From: an uncultured Gammaproteobacteria bacterium | GTDB lineage: Bacteria > Patescibacteriota > Microgenomatia > UBA10105 > UBA927 | Assembly: GCA_964621305.1 (NCBI GenBank) | Contig: CAZUOM010000002.1 | Location: forward strand, 73,733 to 137,732 | Length of the DNA stretch: 64,000 nucleotides | Direction of reading: 5' to 3' | Shown here: piece by piece, positions 58,434 to 64,000 of the stretch | Position numbering within the stretch: the stretch's first letter is position 1 | How the letters are laid out: the number at the start of each line of letters is the position of its first letter | The notes under the pieces: model-generated | Seen by the model: the letters and a program-made list of their open reading frames with translations, nothing else | What the model was told of the DNA's origin: nothing | Databases searched by the model: none | Program-made: the position numbers and the translations under genes

Positions 58434-58598
58434 AGGTGGTAGTTGCAAATCCGCCAGCCGACGGAGAAGCTTACTGCCACCTATGGTGAGTAGCGAAGCG
58501 ACGTACCATTTATTGGGTGAGTAGTTTAGTTGGAAAAATGTCTGTTTCACCTTCGATTCTCGCAAAGAGTCTGTTACAGAGATATTATGGAGGAATAC

Positions 58599-58952
58599 AT
58601 GAATGAAACGTGGCGTGTGACGTATTATGTTACTGCCGGCGGAAACATTCCCGTGAGGGATTTTTTAAATGCGGCGGCGCCAACGCTAAAAGTCAAAGCC
58701 TTGCGACTCTTTTTGCATTTGAGCGAATATGGATTGCAAGGAGTTATTCCGCACCTGAAGAAACTAACCGGCACGCCGTTGTGGGAGCTACGGATTATGG
58801 GCGGGGAGAGCGTGAGAATTCTGTTTGTGACGCAGGTGGGAAAGAAAATTATTTTGTTGCATGGGTTTTATAAGAAGACGCAAAAGACGCCAACTAAGGA
58901 GATTGCCACGGCTCTGGCTCGACTGCGGGACTACGAACAAAAAGAACGATAG
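58599..58952 (+). CDS. RelE/HigB (Gp49-like) toxin
   Basis: G..PV.DFL, LWELR, LLHGF.KKTQKTP..EI. Confidence 0.9.
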   Translation: MNETWRVTYYVTAGGNIPVRDFLNAAAPTLKVKALRLFLHLSEYGLQGVIPHLKKLTGTPLWELRIMGGESVRILFVTQVGKKIILLHGFYKKTQKTPTKEIATALARLRDYEQKER

Positions 58953-58989
58953 TTGACAGAATATATCTTTTGAGATATATTCTTCTCAT

Positions 58990-59274
58990 ATGGCACGGAG
59001 AGTATATACACTAGAAGATCATTTGAGAGAATCCTTAAAAGACCCTGAGTTTCGCAAGGCATGGGAAGCCAGTGAAGTAGAGTACCAACTGTCCCGGCAG
59101 ATTATCGCCCAGCGTTTGCGAAGAAAAATGACGCAGGGGCAGCTTGCACAAAAAGCGCAGACGACACAAGCAGTTATTTCTCGCATAGAGCGAATGACTG
59201 AAAACGTGTCAGTAGAGCTCCTCAAGAGGATTGCTGGAGCATTTGGATCACGATTAAAAGTCGGATTTGAATAA
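58990..59274 (+). CDS. XRE/HigA antitoxin
   Basis: MTQGQLAQKAQTTQAVISRIE. Confidence 0.88.
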   Translation: MARRVYTLEDHLRESLKDPEFRKAWEASEVEYQLSRQIIAQRLRRKMTQGQLAQKAQTTQAVISRIERMTENVSVELLKRIAGAFGSRLKVGFE

Positions 59275-59284
59275 AGGAAACCTT

Positions 59285-60733
59285 ATGAAACGATTTATTT
59301 CTGGTATTACGCCGAGCGGGGATGGGAGTTTACATATTGGCAATTATTTGGGTGCCGTGCGGCAGTTTATTGATCTTGCTCGATCAAATGAGACGTATCT
59401 CATGGTTGCAGACCTTCACGGCTTGACGACGATCCAGGATAAACAGCAGTTGATTCATAACATCGAAACATTGGTCCTCAATGAATTGGCACTCCTGCGC
59501 GGGTTTATGACAGCGAAAGAATTTAGCAAAATTGTCTTTTTTCGCCAATCTGATGTACTCATGCACGCCGAGTGCCAGTCGATTCTCAACAACGTCACCC
59601 CTCTGGGGTTACTTAAGCGCGCGCACGCGTACAAAGATAAGCTTGGTAAGGATACAGTGAAGGACGACATCAACGTTGGCCTCTTTTCCTATCCGATGCT
59701 CATGGCTGCAGACATACTCCTCTACCAGCCGGATCTAGTGCCGGTTGGTAAAGATCAAAAGCAACACATAGAAATAACGCGTGATATCGCCGATCGGTTC
59801 AACAAAATTTTTCGAGCAAAAGTCTTTAAACTTCCTGAGCCGTATATTCCAGAGGAAGTTGCTGTGGTATTGGGGACAGACGGGAAGCGCAAGATGAGTA
59901 AATCCCTCGGAAACATTATTGCTATGTTTGAGCCGGAAGAGGTCATCAAAAAACAGGTGATGGAAACCTACACGGATCCGGCCCGAGCTCACGCCACCGA
60001 TCCAGGGCACGTAGAAGGGAATATGGTGTTTGCATATCTGGATTTTTTCGGAGAACCGCGTAGCGTTGCGAAACTAAAAGAAAAATACCGTCGCGGAACC
60101 GTCGCGGACGTAGAGGTGAAAGAGTATTTGTTTAAAACTTTAATTGAGTATTTTGCTCCAGCCCGCAAAGCATATGAGCAGTTAAAGGCTAATCCAGTAA
60201 TGGTCAAAAAAATTCTTGCCGACGGAGCCCAAAAGGCCAGTGCGGTTGCCAGTCAAACCATGATGGCGGTGCGAGAGGCGATAGGGTTGACGAACAAGTA
60301 CTCAATAAGGGGTCCCCTTGCGGGGCCATCTTTGCAAGGGGACCCCTTGCAAAAAACGATTAGTATCGATGAATTTGCGCGGGTGGAGGAACGGGTGGGG
60401 AAGGTAATCGAGGCGACGAATGTCGAAGGGAGCGAGAAGCTCATTCGATTGGTGGTTGATTTTGGCCCCGCCTTCGCTGAAGCTACGGCGGGCGAGGGAA
60501 AGCGGATTATTTTCACCGGCGTGCGGGGATTTGGTTATACGCCGGAAGATTTTCTCAACAAACAATTTTTGTTTGTCACCAATCTTGCGCCGAGAAAGAT
60601 GCCCTCCTACGTTGAAACTCCGGCGGGTAAAATGGGGGAAGAATCACAAGGCATGATTTTAGCCGTAGACGGACCTGGTAAACCAATCTTTGTTTCCGCC
60701 GAAGAAATGCCATTGGGAGCAAAAGTCAGATAA
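59285..60733 (+). CDS. trpS: Tryptophanyl-tRNA synthetase fused to a C-terminal tRNA-binding OB domain
   Basis: HIGN, YPMLMAADIL, VPVGKDQKQH, KMSKS; C-terminal domain aligns with the 56379 ORF. Confidence 0.95.
   Translation: MKRFISGITPSGDGSLHIGNYLGAVRQFIDLARSNETYLMVADLHGLTTIQDKQQLIHNIETLVLNELALLRGFMTAKEFSKIVFFRQSDVLMHAECQSILNNVTPLGLLKRAHAYKDKLGKDTVKDDINVGLFSYPMLMAADILLYQPDLVPVGKDQKQHIEITRDIADRFNKIFRAKVFKLPEPYIPEEVAVVLGTDGKRKMSKSLGNIIAMFEPEEVIKKQVMETYTDPARAHATDPGHVEGNMVFAYLDFFGEPRSVAKLKEKYRRGTVADVEVKEYLFKTLIEYFAPARKAYEQLKANPVMVKKILADGAQKASAVASQTMMAVREAIGLTNKYSIRGPLAGPSLQGDPLQKTISIDEFARVEERVGKVIEATNVEGSEKLIRLVVDFGPAFAEATAGEGKRIIFTGVRGFGYTPEDFLNKQFLFVTNLAPRKMPSYVETPAGKMGEESQGMILAVDGPGKPIFVSAEEMPLGAKVR
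60307..60348. repeat. In-frame 42-nt palindrome in the trpS linker
   Basis: AAGGGGTCCCCTTGC...GCAAGGGGACCCCTT; arms identical to the nth copy. Confidence 0.9.
60467..60628. repeat. Two in-frame REP-like hairpins in the trpS OB domain
   Basis: CCCGCCTTCGCTGAAGCTACGGCGGG (60467) and GCCCTCCTACGTTGAAACTCCGGCGGGT (60601). Confidence 0.75.
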
Positions 60734-60740
60734 TGAAATC

Positions 60741-61550
60741 ATGGAAGGCGCTCGCGGCCATTTAGCATCAGGAGAAATACTCGGAAATAACGCGTCTTTA
60801 ATACCAGTTTACTCAATGGAATATCTTCATGGTTCTTTAGCGGTCAATAAACGGAATCATGAATTAAGAACTCAACTACAACAGATGCGTAAAATCGCCT
60901 CGACGATGGGTGAAAGTCTTGCTGCATTATTGGGAGGAGAAACCAAGCTGCATAATCCAATCTACCCATACGAGGTAGACTACAATTCTGTTTTAGATGA
61001 ATTTCGCAAAAGAAATGTTGCTTCCGTGACCCGGTTACCTAGAGGAAAAACAATGGCATTTACAATCCAAACCGGATGGGATTATATAGACTTAATAGGA
61101 GCATATCCTAATGCAAGGTGGAAATTTTACATTTCTTGCATACAAGATACGGACGTCCGCCGCGCTTTGGGAAAAAAATTCGTTCGGATGCTCATTGGTG
61201 ATGTATTCAAATCGCATCTAACATTACAGATAAAAAGCATGGATCATACCTACGACAGCCTCGATCTTTATACATGGCACCCAAAAGAACTTTCACAAAT
61301 TCTAATAAAATTATATACCAGCCATAAGGATATGTTTATTGATGCACCCCGTGTATTTCAACGAATAATAGATCCATCGGTGCCAGTAAACCAGATCGGG
61401 TTAGTACAAGAGCCCGCGGGAGGAAAGGGCGGTTCTCATTCAAATAGAATGGGACGACTAGGAAAAGCACTAGATGAAGGACGTTCTTTTGAGGAGGCTT
61501 GCAAGTTTGCGAGAGTCAAGCAGTTGGCGCCGTGGGAAGTAGAGATCTGA
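60741..61550 (+). CDS. Hypothetical cargo protein (possible HopA1/phosphothreonine-lyase-like fold)
   Basis: WKFYIS, DSLDLY, IGLVQEP...SH..R; family guess is from motif memory only. Confidence 0.55.
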   Translation: MEGARGHLASGEILGNNASLIPVYSMEYLHGSLAVNKRNHELRTQLQQMRKIASTMGESLAALLGGETKLHNPIYPYEVDYNSVLDEFRKRNVASVTRLPRGKTMAFTIQTGWDYIDLIGAYPNARWKFYISCIQDTDVRRALGKKFVRMLIGDVFKSHLTLQIKSMDHTYDSLDLYTWHPKELSQILIKLYTSHKDMFIDAPRVFQRIIDPSVPVNQIGLVQEPAGGKGGSHSNRMGRLGKALDEGRSFEEACKFARVKQLAPWEVEI

Positions 61551-61556
61551 CTACCC

Positions 61557-61598
61557 GTTTCCGCTGAAGGTATACCGTTGGGGGCAAAGATGCGGTGA
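61557..61598 (+). repeat. Ghost copy of the trpS 3' end (60692-60733)
   Basis: VSAEGIPLGAKMR* vs VSAEEMPLGAKVR*; 30/42 nt identical. Confidence 0.92.
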
Positions 61599-61636
61599 TT
61601 CTTGACATGTTTCGTTACGTTTAGTACAATGTCGTC

Positions 61637-61891
61637 ATGTTAAGTACAAAAGTATATACCCCGGAACAGGTGGCTGAAATGCTGCAATTGTCCAAAAATA
61701 CGGTGTACGGGCTCATAAACCGAGGTGAAATTGTAGCTAAAAAAATCGGCAAGGTGTACCGGATTCCCGCGCGGTCGATTTCATTCATGTTTACCGGACT
61801 CGACTGGGACCTCTACGAAGCGCAAAAAGAGGATGAAGCGCGCCTTGCGGAAACAGAATCAGCCATTGCGACCGTTCGATCTACCCATTGA
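61637..61891 (+). CDS. Excisionase-type HTH antitoxin
   Basis: YTPEQVAEMLQLSKNTVY.LI..G.I.A.KIG..YRI. Confidence 0.85.
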   Translation: MLSTKVYTPEQVAEMLQLSKNTVYGLINRGEIVAKKIGKVYRIPARSISFMFTGLDWDLYEAQKEDEARLAETESAIATVRSTH

Positions 61892-61893
61892 TC

Positions 61894-62319
61894 ATGCCTG
61901 TCCGCGTTTTTGTCGATTCTGACGTCATCATCTCTTCCATCATTTCCCAAAAAGGCGCAGCATATCTTCTTATGCGTGACAGCAGAATAACCCGTTTTGT
62001 GTCCGACGTCTTGATTGCTGAAGTGACGCGCGTGGCGAGTATTTTAAATTTATCACAGACAGAGTTACGGCGGATGGTACATAAACAATGCACAAAAGTT
62101 GTTCTTGGCGCAAAGAAAGAGACTCTGTTAAAGCGTGTGGATGCCTATTGTCGCGACGACAATGACAGGCACATCGTGGCAGGCGCGAAAGCCGCAAAAG
62201 CGCGGTTTCTGGTCACGTACAACATAAAGCACTTTAATGTGGAGAACATACGGGAAGAATTAGGAATCATCGTTTTGCCGCCGGCATTTCTCCTCCAGTA
62301 CATGCGGAGTCTCAATTAA
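61894..62319 (+). CDS. PIN-domain toxin
   Basis: VFVDSDVIIS, D.NDRHIV, LVTYN.KHF. Confidence 0.87.
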   Translation: MPVRVFVDSDVIISSIISQKGAAYLLMRDSRITRFVSDVLIAEVTRVASILNLSQTELRRMVHKQCTKVVLGAKKETLLKRVDAYCRDDNDRHIVAGAKAAKARFLVTYNIKHFNVENIREELGIIVLPPAFLLQYMRSLN

Positions 62320-62552
62320 AAGACCCAATAGAGCTTACCATGCCCGGGCCGTTGATTATCCGGTGGCGGTTGCGAAAAAAAAGACTTTGCCAAAGGGTAA
62401 GATTTTGAAAAAGTGGCAAAAGAGTTGGTGATATGACGAGATTGCAATTGTCCAAAAAATTAGAACCCCTTCTCCGGACGATCGTTTCCGGCGAATAAAA
62501 GCTCTCTAGATCTTCCAAAAAGAAATCAGCCTCTACAAGCCAACGAAGTGAG

Positions 62553-63401
62553 TTATAAAAGAAGAACGACTCCTATTAAGCTGAGCACTGCCCCCCCTAC
62601 TTTCCTTACTAGATTTTTTCTTTCTCCCAGAAGAAAAATTGCAAGTAAAACGGTGAGGACGGCCGAGGTTTGGCTGAGTGGCGCTATTTGAGCTGCATTT
62701 CTTCCAACCTGATAAGCAAGAAAAATGGTTATTGCAGACAGTGAATAGAGAATTGAAAGAACAGTCATTTTTAAGCCCGCTGATTTTGTAAAAAAATGCC
62801 GCATCGACAGCGTAGAAGAAGGATAAATGAGCCAAACAAACAATGCGGGCACCAAGAATGCGATAACAAGGTAGGAAGGAACGTCACTAGATCGTATGAT
62901 AAATGCATCGTTAGTAAAGGCAAGTCCATAACAACTTGCTGCTCCAAGAGCGAAGAGTGCACTTTTTGATAGTTGCAACCCCCTTTTTGTCCATGAGACT
63001 AATATGACGCTTGAAACGATAAGCAAGGCACCAAGAGATTGCTTAACCGAAAAGGATTCATCCAGAAAAGCCATCGCAGCTAAAATGGTCCAAATCATGC
63101 GTGTAGTAAAAATGATTGTAAATTGAGAGGCCTCTCCCGTTTGTAAAGACTTAAAAACAAACACGTTTCCTGCTCCATATAAAATCATCATGAAAATAAA
63201 ATTGAGTGGGAGATTTTGGACGGGCGGCATATAAAAGCCGCGGAATGCTGTATATAAGAAGATAACTACCCCAACAAATATTTGGAAAAGTATGGAAAAT
63301 GCGACCGGATCAACCTTGTTATCTTTAAGAAGCTTTTTTTGGATAAGAATAGAAAATGAATAAGTGATAACACTTATAACGATCAAAAATTGCCAAGTCA
63401 T
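62553..63401 (-). CDS. EamA/DMT transporter
   Basis: 10 TM in two repeats; FLDE, LLGER. Confidence 0.85.
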   Translation of the reverse strand: MTWQFLIVISVITYSFSILIQKKLLKDNKVDPVAFSILFQIFVGVVIFLYTAFRGFYMPPVQNLPLNFIFMMILYGAGNVFVFKSLQTGEASQFTIIFTTRMIWTILAAMAFLDESFSVKQSLGALLIVSSVILVSWTKRGLQLSKSALFALGAASCYGLAFTNDAFIIRSSDVPSYLVIAFLVPALFVWLIYPSSTLSMRHFFTKSAGLKMTVLSILYSLSAITIFLAYQVGRNAAQIAPLSQTSAVLTVLLAIFLLGERKNLVRKVGGAVLSLIGVVLLL

Positions 63402-63463
63402 TAGGTCATTTTAACATTCCATTCGTGGCAATAATAGCCCACTTCATGATATACTTGAGACTT

Positions 63464-64000
63464 ATGCCGAAGCAAAACGGTAAAAATCAGTTGATGAAGA
63501 AAAACGGTAATGGCAAGCGCAATGGGAACGGATTTCCGCGGGGGATGAAAATCTTTGAGCTCAAGCTCAACCTCAATCCGAAAAACATCTTTATTGGCCT
63601 CTTTGTTGCGTTTCTTCTTTTTTCGATGCTAGGGAGCTTGGGACGGGAGGCGAGCCTGTACCCGGAAAAACCATTGTCAACGGTTATTACAGATGTCAAA
63701 GAGGGTAAAGTAGAAAAAATTGAAATTGAGGAGAGTAAACTCACCGTAGTCTATAAAGGAGGAGAGAAAGTTACCAGCCACAAAGAGCCCCAGGAGTCCC
63801 TCATTAAAACCTTTGAGAGCGCTGGGGTGGACCCCAAAAACGTAGAGATAAAAGTCAAGGATCTGTCTATGGGTCAGATTTGGTTGGGGCTAATCAGTAA
63901 CGTACTGCCGCTTCTTCTTACTGTTTTGTTTTTTCTTATGATTTTTCGCCAGGCACGGGGAGCCCAAGACAGCATTTTTTCCTTTGGTCAATCGCGTGCG
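63464..64000 (+). CDS. ftsH: ATP-dependent Zn protease FtsH, 5' part
   Basis: My translation: TM, extracellular domain (VKEGKVEKI), TM, RQARGAQDSIFSFGQSRA. Confidence 0.88.
   Translation, partial: MPKQNGKNQLMKKNGNGKRNGNGFPRGMKIFELKLNLNPKNIFIGLFVAFLLFSMLGSLGREASLYPEKPLSTVITDVKEGKVEKIEIEESKLTVVYKGGEKVTSHKEPQESLIKTFESAGVDPKNVEIKVKDLSMGQIWLGLISNVLPLLLTVLFFLMIFRQARGAQDSIFSFGQSRA

Noticed and set aside
58195-58524. RNase P RNA, or the small ORFs at 58306 and 58344
   Set aside because: The RNase P GAGGAAAGUCC signature is absent, and T-box elements explain the region.
2420-62319. Integron explanation for the TA cassettes
   Set aside because: I found no consistent RYYYAAC...GTTRRRY attC sites; cassettes are dispersed and in both orientations, and the recombinase looks Xer-like.
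62312-62530. Minus-strand 68-aa ORF or EamA ghost
   Set aside because: It looks like a decayed fragment, but I can neither assign it nor align it convincingly with the EamA end.
13-63744. Many short antisense or alternative-frame ORFs in the track
   Set aside because: They shadow well-supported genes or RNAs and have no recognisable motifs.
1-64000. CRISPR array, reverse transcriptase/DGR, prophage or IS transposase
   Set aside because: I saw no regularly spaced repeat-spacer units and no RT, capsid, terminase or transposase motifs. Ghost differences are at synonymous sites, not adenine-specific as in a DGR.
1-64000. UGA-to-Gly recoding (code 25)
   Set aside because: Conserved genes such as rpmH, yidD, nadE and nrdR end at TGA at normal lengths.

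Overview
This is a gene-dense bacterial chromosome segment in genetic code 11. The gene inventory resembles Patescibacteria/CPR (Microgenomates-like); that assignment is inference. The housekeeping backbone is murD-murL, rpmH-rnpA-yidD-yidC-jag-nadD-nadE, envelope genes, rplY, nth, epmA/efp, gapN, guaA, cmk, nrdR-nrdJ-pduO, a VirD4/TraD-like ATPase, a Xer recombinase, smpB-tmRNA, comF/dprA/comM/yraN, trpS and the start of ftsH. About 15 toxin-antitoxin pairs and other small cargo genes interrupt it. The main finding is that several 0.7-1.1 kb integrase-free cassettes are bracketed by a working host gene end and a diverged 'ghost' copy of the same 11-17 terminal codons. This occurs at efp, xer, trpS and an FNR gene, with weaker cases at a tRNA-Met and an HD gene. 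The ghosts differ mostly at synonymous sites, which suggests gene capture by gene-end replacement. Other notable features: a T-box riboswitch with an ultrashort stem I (Trp) separated from trpS by a TA pair; a minimal cobalamin riboswitch overlapping the pduO stop codon; a 279-nt group I intron in a divergent tRNA-Met(CAU); a tRNA-Ile(UAU); a tmRNA with a 30-codon tag; in-frame palindromic and tandem-repeat insertions in core proteins; a kissing-loop structure before nadE; and many leaderless-type promoters. All calls come from reading the sequence; no searches were run.
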